A stretch of DNA of 58,241 bases from a bacterium (GTDB lineage Bacteria > Ratteibacteria > UBA8468 > B48-G9 > JAFGKM01). The stretch lies in assembly GCA_035370465.1 (NCBI GenBank), contig DAOOVW010000001.1, forward strand, positions 1 to 58,241, read 5' to 3'. Numbering within the stretch: position 1 is the stretch's first letter; each line of letters starts with the position of its first letter. The translations under genes and the position numbers were made by a program. A model generated the notes under the pieces. The model was not told where the DNA came from and ran no database searches. It worked only from the letters and a program-made list of their open reading frames with translations. Shown here piece after piece: positions 19,938-30,677 of this stretch.

Positions 19938-20186
19938 ATGGAAAGAGAAGAAATAGCAAAAATAGTAAAGGATATTGTTGTTGAGAAGTTGGGTGTTGAT
20001 GCTAATGAGGTAACAGAAAACGCATCTTTTATTGATGACCTTGGTGCCGATTCTCTTGATACAGTTGAACTCGTTATGGATTTTGAGGGAAAGTTTGGAC
20101 TTGAAATACCTGATGAAGATGCTGAAAAAATAAAAACAGTTGGAGATGCAATAAATTATATTGAAAATAATATTTCAAAAAAATAA
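19938..20186 (+). CDS. acpP: Acyl carrier protein
   Basis: [13 protein letters not shown] phosphopantetheine-attachment motif. AAGGAGG RBS before the ATG at 19938. The ORF track begins upstream at 19872. Confidence 0.9.
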   Translation: MEREEIAKIVKDIVVEKLGVDANEVTENASFIDDLGADSLDTVELVMDFEGKFGLEIPDEDAEKIKTVGDAINYIENNISKK

Positions 20187-20188
20187 AA

Positions 20189-21421
20189 ATGAAAAAAATT
20201 GTCGTTACTGGACTTGGATGTGTTACACCTGTCGGAAATAATTTAAAAACAACATGGGAAAATTTAATAAAAGGTGTAAGTGGTGTTGATACAATAAAAA
20301 GTTTTGATGTATCCAATTTTGATACAAAAATTGGTGCAGAAGTTAAGGACTTTCAATTGGATTTTATTCATCCAAAAGAAAAAAGAAAAATGGATAAATT
20401 TGTCCAGTTTGCTATAAAAGCAACTGATGAAGCAATAAAAGATAGTGAAATAGAACTTGAAAAAGAAAAAAAAGAGAAAATAGGTGTAATAGTAGGAGCA
20501 GGAATTGGTGGATTAAGAGTAATTGAACAACAACACGAAATACTTTTAAGTTCAGGTCCAGGAAGAGTTTCCCCTTTTCTAATTCCAATGTTAATTCCAG
20601 ATATGGCAGCAGGACAAATTGCAATTTACTTTGGATTTAAGGGAGTTAATTTTGCAACTGTAAGTGCCTGTGCTTCAGGGGCGCATGCTATTGGTACTGC
20701 TCTTTGTTTTATGAGAGAAAATAATTGTGATGTAATGATTGCTGGCGGAACTGAGTCCTGTATAACACCACTTGGACTTGCAGGTTTCTGCTCTATGAAA
20801 GCATTATCAACAAGAAATGACCAACCACAAAAAGCATCAAGACCGTTTGATAAAGAAAGAGATGGTTTTGTTATGGGAGAAGGTGCAGGCATTGTTGTTC
20901 TTGAAACAGAAGAACATGCAAAAAAAAGAGGAGCAAAAATCTATTGCGAACTTGCTGGCTATGGAATGAGTTGTGATGCTTATCATATGACATCTCCTGA
21001 CCCAACAGGTGAAGGTGCTTATCTTGCAATGAAACATGCTCTGGTAAATTCAAATATTGTTCCTCAGGAAGTTGATTATATCAATGCTCATGGAACTTCA
21101 ACAAAATTAAATGATAAAAGTGAAACAGATGGAATTAAAAGGGTCTTTGGAGAAAATGCCTATAAAATATATATTAGTTCAATAAAATCAATGGTTGGAC
21201 ATTTACTTGGAGCAGCAGGAGGAGTTGAATTTGTTATAACATGCCTGACAATCAAAGAGGGAATAATACCTCCTACAATAAATTATGAATATCCGGACCC
21301 TGAATGTGACCTTAATTATGTCCCAAATAAAACAATTGAAAAAGATGTGAAAGTTGCTCTTTCAAATTCTTTTGGTTTTGGTGGGCACAATATTACTCTT
21401 GTTGCTAAAAAATATGAATAA
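20189..21421 (+). CDS. fabF: 3-oxoacyl-ACP synthase II
   Basis: [14 protein letters not shown]...SACASG...HGTST...GHNIT motifs. Confidence 0.9.
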   Translation: MKKIVVTGLGCVTPVGNNLKTTWENLIKGVSGVDTIKSFDVSNFDTKIGAEVKDFQLDFIHPKEKRKMDKFVQFAIKATDEAIKDSEIELEKEKKEKIGVIVGAGIGGLRVIEQQHEILLSSGPGRVSPFLIPMLIPDMAAGQIAIYFGFKGVNFATVSACASGAHAIGTALCFMRENNCDVMIAGGTESCITPLGLAGFCSMKALSTRNDQPQKASRPFDKERDGFVMGEGAGIVVLETEEHAKKRGAKIYCELAGYGMSCDAYHMTSPDPTGEGAYLAMKHALVNSNIVPQEVDYINAHGTSTKLNDKSETDGIKRVFGENAYKIYISSIKSMVGHLLGAAGGVEFVITCLTIKEGIIPPTINYEYPDPECDLNYVPNKTIEKDVKVALSNSFGFGGHNITLVAKKYE

Positions 21422-21431
21422 AGGAGAGAAA

Positions 21432-22589
21432 ATGGAATACTTTCTTACTGATGAACAACAAATGATAAAAGAACTTGCAAGAAAAATCGCAGAAGAAAAA
21501 ATTCTACCAAAAAGAGCAGAATATGATGAAAATGAAATATTTCCCCATGATATAGTAAAAGTACTTGCTGATTCGGACCTTTTTGGTGTTTTTGTTCCAG
21601 AAAACTATGGCGGACTTGGATACGGAGTTTTTGAATTGTGTCTTGTTATTGAAGAATTAAGTAGGGTTTGTGGGGGAATTGCTTTATCTTATGCTGGAAC
21701 TGCTCTTGGAACTTTTCCAATAGTTCTTTTTGGGAATGAGGAACAAAAAAATAAATATCTTCCACCAATTGCAAAAGGAAAACTTGCTGCATTTGCAGTA
21801 ACTGAATCTAGCTCAGGGAGTGATATTACAAATCTAAACACAACAGCAAAAAAAGACGGAGATTGGTATATTTTAAATGGAACAAAACAGTGGATAACAA
21901 ATGGTGGTGAAGCAGAAACATACGTAGTAATTGCTTCAACTGATAAAAGCAAAGGTGCAAGAGGTTCAACTGCTTTTATAATTGAGAAGGGATGGGATGG
22001 TTTTGAGTTTGGAAAAAAAGAAAAAAAATTGGGAATAAGAGCATCTGCAACAAGAGAACTTGTCTTTACCAATTGTAAAGTCCCAAAAGAAAATGTTTTA
22101 GGAAGAGAAGGGATGGGATTTTTAATTACAATTAAAAATTTTGATACAAGTAGACCTGGTGTTGCCTCACAGGCATTAGGTATAGCACAGGGTGCGTATG
22201 AATCAGCACTTGAATATTCTCATCAAAGAAAACAATTTGGACAACCAATAAGTTCATTTCAAGCAATTCAACATATGCTGGCTGATATGGCTACACAAAT
22301 TGAAGCAGCAAGAACTCTTATTTATCAAACAGCAAAAACAATTGACTCAGGAGCAAAAAGCTATTCAAAAGAATCAGCAATGTGCAAACTTTTTGCTTCT
22401 GATGTTGCTATGAAAGTAACAACAGATGCAATTCAGATTTTTGGAGGATATGGCTATATGAAAGATTATCCTGTTGAAAAAATGTTTAGAGATGCAAAAA
22501 TAACTCAAATATATGAAGGAACTAACCAAATACAGAGAAATGTTATTGGTATTGAATTGATTAAAGAACTTGCAAAAAAGAAAAAATAA
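21432..22589 (+). CDS. Acyl-CoA dehydrogenase (butyryl-CoA dehydrogenase-like)
   Basis: YFLTDEQQMIKELARK...AFAVTESSSGSD...QIFGGYGY... typical ACAD motifs. AGGAG RBS before the ATG at 21432. Confidence 0.8.
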   Translation: MEYFLTDEQQMIKELARKIAEEKILPKRAEYDENEIFPHDIVKVLADSDLFGVFVPENYGGLGYGVFELCLVIEELSRVCGGIALSYAGTALGTFPIVLFGNEEQKNKYLPPIAKGKLAAFAVTESSSGSDITNLNTTAKKDGDWYILNGTKQWITNGGEAETYVVIASTDKSKGARGSTAFIIEKGWDGFEFGKKEKKLGIRASATRELVFTNCKVPKENVLGREGMGFLITIKNFDTSRPGVASQALGIAQGAYESALEYSHQRKQFGQPISSFQAIQHMLADMATQIEAARTLIYQTAKTIDSGAKSYSKESAMCKLFASDVAMKVTTDAIQIFGGYGYMKDYPVEKMFRDAKITQIYEGTNQIQRNVIGIELIKELAKKKK

Positions 22590-23483
22590 GTGAAAGAGAT
22601 TGTTTTTAACCAGGAAAAGAATACAAGAATAGATAAATATCTTAAAGAAAAACTTAATGTTTCAAGAGAAAGAATAAAATATTTAATAAAGCAAGAAAAA
22701 GTCATTGTCAATTCAAAAAAAATTATTCCATCATATCATCTTAAAAAAGGTGATTTAATATCTATCATTCAAATTGAAGAAGAACAAAAAGAAGAAATAA
22801 AACCAGAAAAGAGTAATTTAGAAATTATATACGAGGATAAAAATATTATTGTAGTCAATAAACCAGCAGGAATTATAACTCACCCAACAAATTATAAAAA
22901 AACAGGGACACTTTTAAATTATGTTTTATATTATACTTCATTGGCAAAAATTGGTTCTCCTCTAAGAATAGGAGTTGTTCATCGTCTTGATAAAGAAACA
23001 TCGGGAGTAATTGTTTTTGCCAAAACATCTCTTGCTTATTGGAATCTTATTGAACAATTTAGAAATAGAATGGTGGAAAAAATTTATTTAGCAATTGTTA
23101 AAGGAAATTTTACACCTGAAAAAAAGGTAATAGAATTCACTGTTTTACCCGATAAAGAAAACCCAACAAAAATGAAAGTCCATTTCCTGAAAGGGAAAAA
23201 AACAATAACTGAAATAAATGCTTTAAAATATTTTGATGATTATACACTTGTCTCTGTTAAACCAATTACAGGAAGAACTCATCAAATACGCCTTACTCTT
23301 TCATATTTAAATTATCCAATTATAGGGGATGAAAAATATGGAGTAAAATCACCCATTATTTCAAGATGTGCTTTACATGCATGGAAATTAACTCTTGCCA
23401 ACCCAAGAGATAATAAAAAACAAACATTTATTGCTTCAATTCCAGATGATATAATACAAATTATAAATAATTCTAATCTATAA
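22590..23483 (+). CDS. RluA/RluD family 23S rRNA pseudouridine synthase
   Basis: S4-like N-terminus (IDKYLKEKLNVSRERIKYLI) and catalytic HRLDKETSGV. GTG start. Confidence 0.8.
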   Translation: MKEIVFNQEKNTRIDKYLKEKLNVSRERIKYLIKQEKVIVNSKKIIPSYHLKKGDLISIIQIEEEQKEEIKPEKSNLEIIYEDKNIIVVNKPAGIITHPTNYKKTGTLLNYVLYYTSLAKIGSPLRIGVVHRLDKETSGVIVFAKTSLAYWNLIEQFRNRMVEKIYLAIVKGNFTPEKKVIEFTVLPDKENPTKMKVHFLKGKKTITEINALKYFDDYTLVSVKPITGRTHQIRLTLSYLNYPIIGDEKYGVKSPIISRCALHAWKLTLANPRDNKKQTFIASIPDDIIQIINNSNL

Positions 23484-23556
23484 TAAAAAATTTGGGTATA
23501 ATAAAGGATAAATAAATTTAGTAAATGTAGAAAGTATTTTAAATTTTTTTAAAAAA

Positions 23557-24495
23557 ATGAACAATAATAAAATTAAAAAATTATATTTTCCTGTTATTTT
23601 TTTATTAACCTGTATTTTTTTATTTCTAAATTATAAAGGATACAAATGGGGAGAAATTTCTCCAGGTAAATCAGTTGTTCGCCTATTTGCAGTAATATTT
23701 TCACTTCTTTCAATTTTCCATATTCTGACCCAAATAATAACATTTGTTGTAAAAAAGAAAAAAGGGCCTCTTGGTGAAACAAAAATGCTTGTTGGTTTTT
23801 CAAATGCAATTAAGGGATTTGCAATAATTTTTGCTTTAATTGAAAGTATGGGAAAAATAACTATTTTCGGTGCTCTTGGAGTTGGATTTTTTGGAATGCT
23901 TTTAGGATGGTCTTTACAAGCCCCTGTCAGCGGTATTGCTGCCTGGGCACTGATAACATTAAGAAGACCTTTTAGAATAGGGGATAGAATTTATCTACCT
24001 ACACTTGGACTTGTTGGAGATGTTATAGATATTGGTTTAATGTACACAATTTTAAATCAAGTTGGTGGAGCAGTTGGAAGCGAAGAGGCAACAGGACGAG
24101 ATGTTCTTATACCAAATGCAATGCTTTTTAGTCAGGTCGTAATAAATTACACTGTAAAACAGGATCAACCATATTTTCTTGATGAAGTTATTTGGAGAAT
24201 TACATTTGATTCTGATTGGGATGAAGCAGAAAAAATTTTAATTGAAGCAGCAAAAAAAGTTACAGCAGATATTATTGAAAAAACAAAGGTTGAACCTTAT
24301 ATAAGAGCTGATGTTTATGACTATGGAATTTATTTGAGATTAAGATATATAACATCGGCAATTGAAAGACCAAAAATTGCATACGAAATAAATAAAATAA
24401 TATTCAAAAAAGTACAGGAAAATCCTAAAGTTGACCTTGCTATTCCTTATACTTACTCGTATAAAAAGGGTGTAAAAGGTAAAAATAATCTTTAA
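23557..24495 (+). CDS. Mechanosensitive ion channel (MscS family)
   Basis: N-terminal TM helices followed by RRPFRIGDRIYLPTLGLVGDVIDIGLMYT beta-domain signature. Confidence 0.75.
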   Translation: MNNNKIKKLYFPVIFLLTCIFLFLNYKGYKWGEISPGKSVVRLFAVIFSLLSIFHILTQIITFVVKKKKGPLGETKMLVGFSNAIKGFAIIFALIESMGKITIFGALGVGFFGMLLGWSLQAPVSGIAAWALITLRRPFRIGDRIYLPTLGLVGDVIDIGLMYTILNQVGGAVGSEEATGRDVLIPNAMLFSQVVINYTVKQDQPYFLDEVIWRITFDSDWDEAEKILIEAAKKVTADIIEKTKVEPYIRADVYDYGIYLRLRYITSAIERPKIAYEINKIIFKKVQENPKVDLAIPYTYSYKKGVKGKNNL

Positions 24496-24565
24496 AATTT
24501 ATTTATGTTTTTTTTATCAAAAAATGATAAAATTGTGAAAATTAAATAAAATATAAAAGGGAAAA

Positions 24566-25828
24566 ATGGAAAAATTTGTAATTGAAGGTGAAAATAAATT
24601 AGTAGGAGAAATTGAAATATCTGGTTCAAAAAATTCTGCTCTTCCAATATTATCAGCAACTGTCTTAGGAGAAGGTAAATCAATAATTCATAATGTTCCT
24701 GATGTAAAAGATGTTCATACTCTCTTGGATATCCTTGAATACATGGGAGCAAAAACAAAATTTTATAACAATACAGTTGAAATTGACCCCGATGGAATAG
24801 AAAAATATACCGCTCCTTATGAACTTGTAAGTACAATGAGAGGTTCAATTTGTTTATTAGGCCCACTTCTATCAAAATTCAGGCAGGCAAGATTTTCCAT
24901 GCCTGGTGGATGTGTAATTGGACCAAGACCTATAGACCTTCATATAAAAGGGCTAAAAAAATTGGGGGCAGAAATATCTAATGAAGAAGGATATATTGTT
25001 GGAAAAGCAAATAAATTGAAAGGAAACAAGATTTTTCTTGCTGGAAATTTTGGTTCAAGTGTTCTTGCAACTGCAAATATTCTTATGGCTTCTACTCTTG
25101 CTGAAGATGAAACAATCATTGAATTTGCTGCATGTGAGCCAGAAATTGTTGACCTTGCAATGTTCTTAAAAAAAATGGGAGGGAAAATTTGTGGAGAAGG
25201 GTCACATACAATAAGAATAGAAGGAGTTAAAAAATTAAAAGGAACTGAATATTCAATTATACCAGATAGAATTGAAGGTGGAACTTTATTACTTTTAGGA
25301 TATATAACAAAGAGTAAAATTGTTATAAAAAATATAATTCCCTCTCATCTTTTTGCCCTTATTGATAAACTTGAAGAATCAGGGATAGAAATAAATATAA
25401 AAGAAAATATTGCTATAACAAAACCATATAATAAATGGAAAGCAGTTGATATTGTGACCCTTGCCTACCCTGGTTTTCCAACTGACCTGCAAGCGCAGAT
25501 TATGAGTTTTCTTTGTCTTGCAGATGGAATTAGTATAATTACAGAAAAGGTATTCCCGGAAAGATTTATACATGCAGGAGAACTAAACCGTTTGGGTGCT
25601 GATATTTCTCTTGATGGTTCAAAGGCAATAGTAAAAGGAGTAGAAAAATTATATGGAGCAAAAGTAATGGCTTCTGATTTAAGAGCAAGTGTTGCTTTAG
25701 TTCTTGCTGGACTTGTTGCAGAAGGAATAACTGAAATTTCCAGGATTTACCATATTGACAGAGGATATGAAAAATTTGAAAAAAAACTAAATTTATTAGG
25801 GGCAAAAATAAAAAGGGAAAAAGAATGA
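24566..25828 (+). CDS. murA: UDP-N-acetylglucosamine 1-carboxyvinyltransferase
   Basis: FVIEGENKLVGEIEISGSKNSALPIL N-terminus and overall EPT fold length. Confidence 0.9.
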   Translation: MEKFVIEGENKLVGEIEISGSKNSALPILSATVLGEGKSIIHNVPDVKDVHTLLDILEYMGAKTKFYNNTVEIDPDGIEKYTAPYELVSTMRGSICLLGPLLSKFRQARFSMPGGCVIGPRPIDLHIKGLKKLGAEISNEEGYIVGKANKLKGNKIFLAGNFGSSVLATANILMASTLAEDETIIEFAACEPEIVDLAMFLKKMGGKICGEGSHTIRIEGVKKLKGTEYSIIPDRIEGGTLLLLGYITKSKIVIKNIIPSHLFALIDKLEESGIEINIKENIAITKPYNKWKAVDIVTLAYPGFPTDLQAQIMSFLCLADGISIITEKVFPERFIHAGELNRLGADISLDGSKAIVKGVEKLYGAKVMASDLRASVALVLAGLVAEGITEISRIYHIDRGYEKFEKKLNLLGAKIKREKE

Positions 25829-26616
25829 GTAAAATAAAAATTATTGTATGTGGTGCAAGAGGTAAAATGGGTAGTTTAATTTTGAAACTTGCAGGTGAAA
25901 AAGAAAATTTTGAAGTCACTGGTATTGTTGAAAACAAAAATCATCCTGATATTGGGGAAAAAATTGATAATTATATTCTTTCAGATAATCTTTCAAATAT
26001 CTCTACTGGAAAAGAAATAGTTATTGATTTTACAGTTTCAACTGCAACAAAAGAATTTTTAAAAGTATGTGAAAATAAAGGTAATCCTATTGTTATTGGA
26101 ACAACAGGACTTTCTGAAAAACAACTAAATTCAATTAAAAACGCCGGGAAAAAAATCCCAGTTTTCTTTTCTCCCAATATGTCTCTTGGAGTTAATCTTT
26201 TTTTAAAAATAATAGAATTTTCATCTTCTCTTTTTAAAAACTATGAAGTGGAAATAAAAGAAATACATCACCATTTTAAAAAAGATGCTCCAAGTGGAAC
26301 TGCAAAAAAAATTGCAGAAATAATATGTGAGAAAACAGGAAGAAATTTTAAAGAAGATATAAAATATGGTAGAAATGGATTGACTGGCGAAAGAAAATTT
26401 GAAGAAATTGGGATGCATTCTTTACGACTTGGTGATATTGTCGGTGAACATTATGTTTACTGGGGTGGAAAAGGCGAAATTATTGAGTTTTCACATAGGT
26501 GTTATAATAGAGAAAATTTTGCCGAAGGATCATTAATTGCTGCGGAATTTTTAAGTAAAAAAGAAAAGGGGTTTTATACAATGGATGATTTATTGAAGGA
26601 GGTATTTAATGTTTGA
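25825..26616 (+). CDS. dapB: 4-hydroxy-tetrahydrodipicolinate reductase
   Basis: KIIVCGARGKMGS...IDFT...HHHFKKDAPSGTA motifs. Confidence 0.85.
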   Translation: MSKIKIIVCGARGKMGSLILKLAGEKENFEVTGIVENKNHPDIGEKIDNYILSDNLSNISTGKEIVIDFTVSTATKEFLKVCENKGNPIVIGTTGLSEKQLNSIKNAGKKIPVFFSPNMSLGVNLFLKIIEFSSSLFKNYEVEIKEIHHHFKKDAPSGTAKKIAEIICEKTGRNFKEDIKYGRNGLTGERKFEEIGMHSLRLGDIVGEHYVYWGGKGEIIEFSHRCYNRENFAEGSLIAAEFLSKKEKGFYTMDDLLKEVFNV

Positions 26617-26634
26617 TATTGAAGATATAATTTC

Positions 26635-27288
26635 CTATTCTTCAAAATGATGTTTTATAATTTTCCCTTCTTCTATGAAAATAACATCTTCACAAAAATT
26701 TGTTGACATATCTGCAATTCTTTCAAGTGACCTTGAAATTCTTATAAGATGGATTGACCTTTCAATAGTTGAAGAATCTTGGAGCATATAAGTAAGTAAT
26801 TCTCTAATAATTTGTTCATTTAAAGCATCAACAATATCATCTCTTTTACATATTTCTCTTGCTAATTTTGTATCTCCATTTATAAAAGACAAAACACTTT
26901 CTTTTAACATATTAGAAACAATCTCACTCATTTTTGGTAAATCAATAAGTTTTTTCACAAAAGGTCTTTCAATAAGGAACAATGCACTTTCAGAGATATT
27001 AACTGCTGTATCACCAACTCTTTCAAGGTCATTATTCATTTTTAAAATCATTACAATTGTTCTTAAATCCTTTGCAACTGGTTGAAATCTTGCTATTGTT
27101 TCAACACAAAATCCATCAATTTCTACTTCTGCCATATTTGCTTTATTTTCAAGTGTATCAATAACTTCAGAAAGATACTCTTTTTTTCTTTCAATAAGAC
27201 CTTGCATACTTTTTCTTACCATTTCTTCTGCAAGTAAAGAAAAATCAATTATTTTTTCTTTAAGTTTTTGCATTCTTTCTTCAATCAT
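26635..27288 (-). CDS. phoU: Phosphate transport system regulator PhoU
   Basis: Two PhoU repeats (E.D..E ...RIGD). Follows pstB. Confidence 0.85.
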   Translation of the reverse strand: MIEERMQKLKEKIIDFSLLAEEMVRKSMQGLIERKKEYLSEVIDTLENKANMAEVEIDGFCVETIARFQPVAKDLRTIVMILKMNNDLERVGDTAVNISESALFLIERPFVKKLIDLPKMSEIVSNMLKESVLSFINGDTKLAREICKRDDIVDALNEQIIRELLTYMLQDSSTIERSIHLIRISRSLERIADMSTNFCEDVIFIEEGKIIKHHFEE

Positions 27289-27301
27289 TTTTTTCTCCTA
27301 T

Positions 27302-28051
27302 TTATCCAAACTTACCTATCAAATACTCCTCTGTTTTTTTATTAGAGGGAGCAGTAAATATTTTATCTGTTTTACCAAATTCAATCAATTCTCCTAAATA
27401 CAAAAAAGCAGTATAATCAGAAATTCTTGCTGCTTGTTGCATATTATGAGTTACAATTACAATTGTATATTTTTCTTTCAATTTTTCTATTAACTCCTCT
27501 ATTTTTAGAGTTGCTATTGGGTCTAAACTTGCACAGGGTTCATCAAAAAGTATTACTTCTGGTTCAATTGCTATAGTTCTTGCAATACATAATCTCTGTT
27601 TCTGTCCTCCTGATAAATCCAGAGCATTTTTACCTAAATCATTTTTTACTTCATCCCATAAAGCAGCATCTTTCAATGCTGTCTCAACTTTTAAATAAAG
27701 GTCATTTTTATTTTTGAACATTTTATGAATTTTAAGGCCATAAGCAACATTTTCAAATATGGATTTTGGGAAAGGATTGGGTAGTTGAAAAACCATACCT
27801 ACTCTTTTCCGTAAAACAACCTCATCCATACTATAAATATCTTCTCCATCTAACAGTACTTCTCCTTCTACTTTTGCTGAATCAACCAAATCAAGCATTC
27901 TGTTAATTGTTTTTATAAAAGTTGATTTTCCACAACCAGAAGGACCTATAATTGCAGTAACTTTATTTTTTTCAATATCAAAACTTACATTTTTCAATAC
28001 ATGTAGATTTGAATATCTAACATTTAGATTTTTTATAACTATTTTTACCAT
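27302..28051 (-). CDS. pstB: Phosphate ABC transporter ATP-binding protein
   Basis: Walker [18 protein letters not shown] signature and the characteristic PstB N-terminus. Confidence 0.9.
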   Translation of the reverse strand: MVKIVIKNLNVRYSNLHVLKNVSFDIEKNKVTAIIGPSGCGKSTFIKTINRMLDLVDSAKVEGEVLLDGEDIYSMDEVVLRKRVGMVFQLPNPFPKSIFENVAYGLKIHKMFKNKNDLYLKVETALKDAALWDEVKNDLGKNALDLSGGQKQRLCIARTIAIEPEVILFDEPCASLDPIATLKIEELIEKLKEKYTIVIVTHNMQQAARISDYTAFLYLGELIEFGKTDKIFTAPSNKKTEEYLIGKFG

Positions 28052-28893
28052 TTTTTCTTTCCTCTTGTTTTAATTCTTAAAAAAATTGCAATAGAATTCA
28101 TTCCTAAAACCAGAAATAAGAGTACTAAAGCAGTTCCATAAGCAATTGGAACTTGAAATTCTGGCTGTGTTCCTTCTGTCATTAAACCATAAATATGATA
28201 CGGTAATGCTTGAACTTCATCAAATATAGATTTAGGTAATTTATTTATATAAAAAGTAACTGCTGTAAACAAAATAGGGGCTGTTTCTCCTGCTGCTCTA
28301 CCAATTGATAAAATAGCACCTGTTAAAATTCCACTTATTGAATTAGGTAAAACAATATTTTTAATTGTTTGCCATTTTCTTGCTCCCAGTGAAAAAGATG
28401 CTTCTCTGAAACTTTGAGGAACTGATTTTAATGCTTCCTCTGTTGACATTATAATTGTAGGTAATGTTAATATCCCTAATGTTAAACCACCCGATAAAAT
28501 AGAAACACCAAACTTAAAAAGTTTAACAAATACAGCAAAACCAAAAAGTCCAAAAATAATAGAAGGAACTCCTGCTAAATTATTTATCCCAATTTTAATA
28601 ATTCTGACAAGATAATTATCTCTGGCATATTCTGATAAATATATACCTGCTCCAATACCTAAAATTAAGGAAAATATAATTGAAACACCTACTAAATAAA
28701 TTGTTCCTAAAATTGCGGGGAAAATTCCTCCTTTTGTCATTCCTTCTTTTGGCATACTAAAAAGAAACTCTAAATTTATTACCTTAAAACCTCTTATAAA
28801 GATAAAGAAAAAAATTAAAAAGAAAAAAATTAAAATTAAAATATTACAAATTCTAAATACCCAGAACCATAAATTTTGTTTTAATTTTTTCAT
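28045..28893 (-). CDS. pstA: Phosphate ABC transporter permease PstA
   Basis: Permease with EAA-like motif. Position between pstC and pstB. Confidence 0.85.
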   Translation of the reverse strand: MKKLKQNLWFWVFRICNILILIFFFLIFFFIFIRGFKVINLEFLFSMPKEGMTKGGIFPAILGTIYLVGVSIIFSLILGIGAGIYLSEYARDNYLVRIIKIGINNLAGVPSIIFGLFGFAVFVKLFKFGVSILSGGLTLGILTLPTIIMSTEEALKSVPQSFREASFSLGARKWQTIKNIVLPNSISGILTGAILSIGRAAGETAPILFTAVTFYINKLPKSIFDEVQALPYHIYGLMTEGTQPEFQVPIAYGTALVLLFLVLGMNSIAIFLRIKTRGKKKW

Positions 28894-29765
28894 CTTACTC
28901 TCTTTTTGAATCTTTCATATAAAAAATCAGATAATATGTTAAAAAATAAAGTAATTACAAAAAGAACAATACCAAGAGAAAACAGAGCATTGTAATGAAT
29001 TCCTCCTAAAACTGCTTCTCCCATTTCAGCAGCAATTGTTGCTGTTAAAGGTCTAACTGGTTCTAAAAAAGAATGAGGGATAATTGCTGCTCCTCCTGCT
29101 ACCATTAAAACAGTCATTGTCTCTCCAATTGCTCTTGATATTCCTAATATTATTGCAGTAATTATTCCTCCACTTGATGCAGGAAGAACTACTTTAAAAA
29201 TTGTTTCTAATTTTGTTGCACCTAAGGCAAGTGATGCCTCTTTGTAATTATTTGGGACAGATGATATTGCATCATCTGCAATACTTGTAATAGTTGGAAT
29301 AGCCATAATTCCTAAAATTATAGAAGCAGTTAAAGCACATAATCCAACAGGTAAGTCAAAAATTTTCTGGATAAATGGGGCTAAAATTACTACACCAAAA
29401 AAACCATAAACAACAGAAGGTATTCCTGCTAATAGTTCAATTATTGGTTTTATGATTTCTTTTGTCGTTCTACCAGCAATTTCAGAAAGATAAATAGACG
29501 CTCCTATTCCTAATGGAATTGCCAATATTAGCGCGCCTAAGGTTACCCATAAAGAACCTAAAATTAAAGGTAGTGCACCAAAACTTGGTGGTTCATAAGT
29601 TGGATACCACTCTTTTCCAAATAAAAAGTCCTTCAATGAAACATATTTAAATAGGGGTAATCCCTCTTTGAAAAGAACTACAACTATACCTAATAAGAAA
29701 AATAATGAAAGAAACGAAAGAAAAAATAAAATATATTTAATAAAATTTTCTTTTAATTTTGTCAT
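28890..29765 (-). CDS. pstC: Phosphate ABC transporter permease PstC
   Basis: Permease with GTLWVTL-like motifs. Position after pstS. Confidence 0.85.
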   Translation of the reverse strand: MTKLKENFIKYILFFLSFLSLFFLLGIVVVLFKEGLPLFKYVSLKDFLFGKEWYPTYEPPSFGALPLILGSLWVTLGALILAIPLGIGASIYLSEIAGRTTKEIIKPIIELLAGIPSVVYGFFGVVILAPFIQKIFDLPVGLCALTASIILGIMAIPTITSIADDAISSVPNNYKEASLALGATKLETIFKVVLPASSGGIITAIILGISRAIGETMTVLMVAGGAAIIPHSFLEPVRPLTATIAAEMGEAVLGGIHYNALFSLGIVLFVITLFFNILSDFLYERFKKRVR

Positions 29766-29808
29766 TTTTATTCCTTATATTACCATAAATAAACCTGTTA
29801 TATCAAAT

Positions 29809-29837
29809 AAACACCCCCTCAAATTGAGGGGGTGTTT
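29809..29837 (-). terminator. Intra-operon stem-loop or partial terminator between pstS and pstC
   Basis: Perfect 12-bp stem AAACACCCCCTC / GAGGGGGTGTTT with a 5-nt loop. On the minus strand it is followed by UAUUUGAUAU. Confidence 0.55.
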
Positions 29838-29856
29838 ATAATAAAAAGGATATTCT

Positions 29857-30666
29857 TTATTCCAAAGGAACAAATCCTTCTTCTTTCACAATTTCCTGTC
29901 CTTTTTTTGACTTTACAAAATCAATGAAATTTTTAACCAGTCCCTTAGGTGTTCCATTTGTGTACATAAATAAAACTCTTGATATTGGATATGTTCCATT
30001 TAGAACTGTCTCTTTTGAAGGATAAATTCCATTCACTTTTACTGCTTTGACATCAGAACCCAAATAACCAAGTCCTACATATCCAATAGCACCTTCTGTT
30101 CTTTTAACAATATTTACAATTGCCTGATTTGATGCTTGCATAAGAGCATCTGGTTTTACTTTTTCATTCTTTAACACAATTTCATTAAAACACTCAAAAG
30201 TTCCTGAGGCAGTATCTCTTGAAACAACCACTATCTTCTGGTTTTCCCCACCTAATTCCTTCCAATTAGATATTTTTCCTGTGTAAATATCTTTAATTTG
30301 AGAAAGAGTTAAATCACTAATAGGATTAGATGGATTGACAATTACTGAAATTGCATCGTTAGCAATTACATTTGCTTTAGGGTCTATACCTTTTGATATT
30401 GCAGTTTTTAATTCCTCTTTTTTCATTGGTCTTGAGGAATTAGCAATATCACACACCTTATCAATCAAAGCAGAAATCCCTACTCCAGAACCACCACCTC
30501 TTACAGAAATACTTACTCCTGGATTTTCTTTAATAAATTCTTCTGCACATCTTTGGGCAACAGGAAAAACAGTAGTAGAACCCTGTAAAATTATACTTTT
30601 TTCCTGCGCGATAACAAAAGATGTTAGACATAATGTTAGAACCAGATATAAAAAAATTTTTTTCAT
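29857..30666 (-). CDS. pstS: Phosphate ABC transporter substrate-binding protein PstS
   Basis: Signal peptide, then GSTTVFP...SRDTASGT motifs of PstS. Confidence 0.85.
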   Translation of the reverse strand: MKKIFLYLVLTLCLTSFVIAQEKSIILQGSTTVFPVAQRCAEEFIKENPGVSISVRGGGSGVGISALIDKVCDIANSSRPMKKEELKTAISKGIDPKANVIANDAISVIVNPSNPISDLTLSQIKDIYTGKISNWKELGGENQKIVVVSRDTASGTFECFNEIVLKNEKVKPDALMQASNQAIVNIVKRTEGAIGYVGLGYLGSDVKAVKVNGIYPSKETVLNGTYPISRVLFMYTNGTPKGLVKNFIDFVKSKKGQEIVKEEGFVPLE

Positions 30667-30677
30667 TTTTCCTCCTT

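Noticed and set aside
23493-23502. TGGGTATAAT extended -10-like element upstream of mscS
   Set aside because: Perfect TATAAT but no convincing -35 and an imperfect TGn spacing. Plausible promoter but kept out of the feature list as low-support.
24492-25937. Two 120-127-aa minus-strand ORFs over the murA region
   Set aside because: Antisense to murA, leucine/phenylalanine-rich low-complexity translation.
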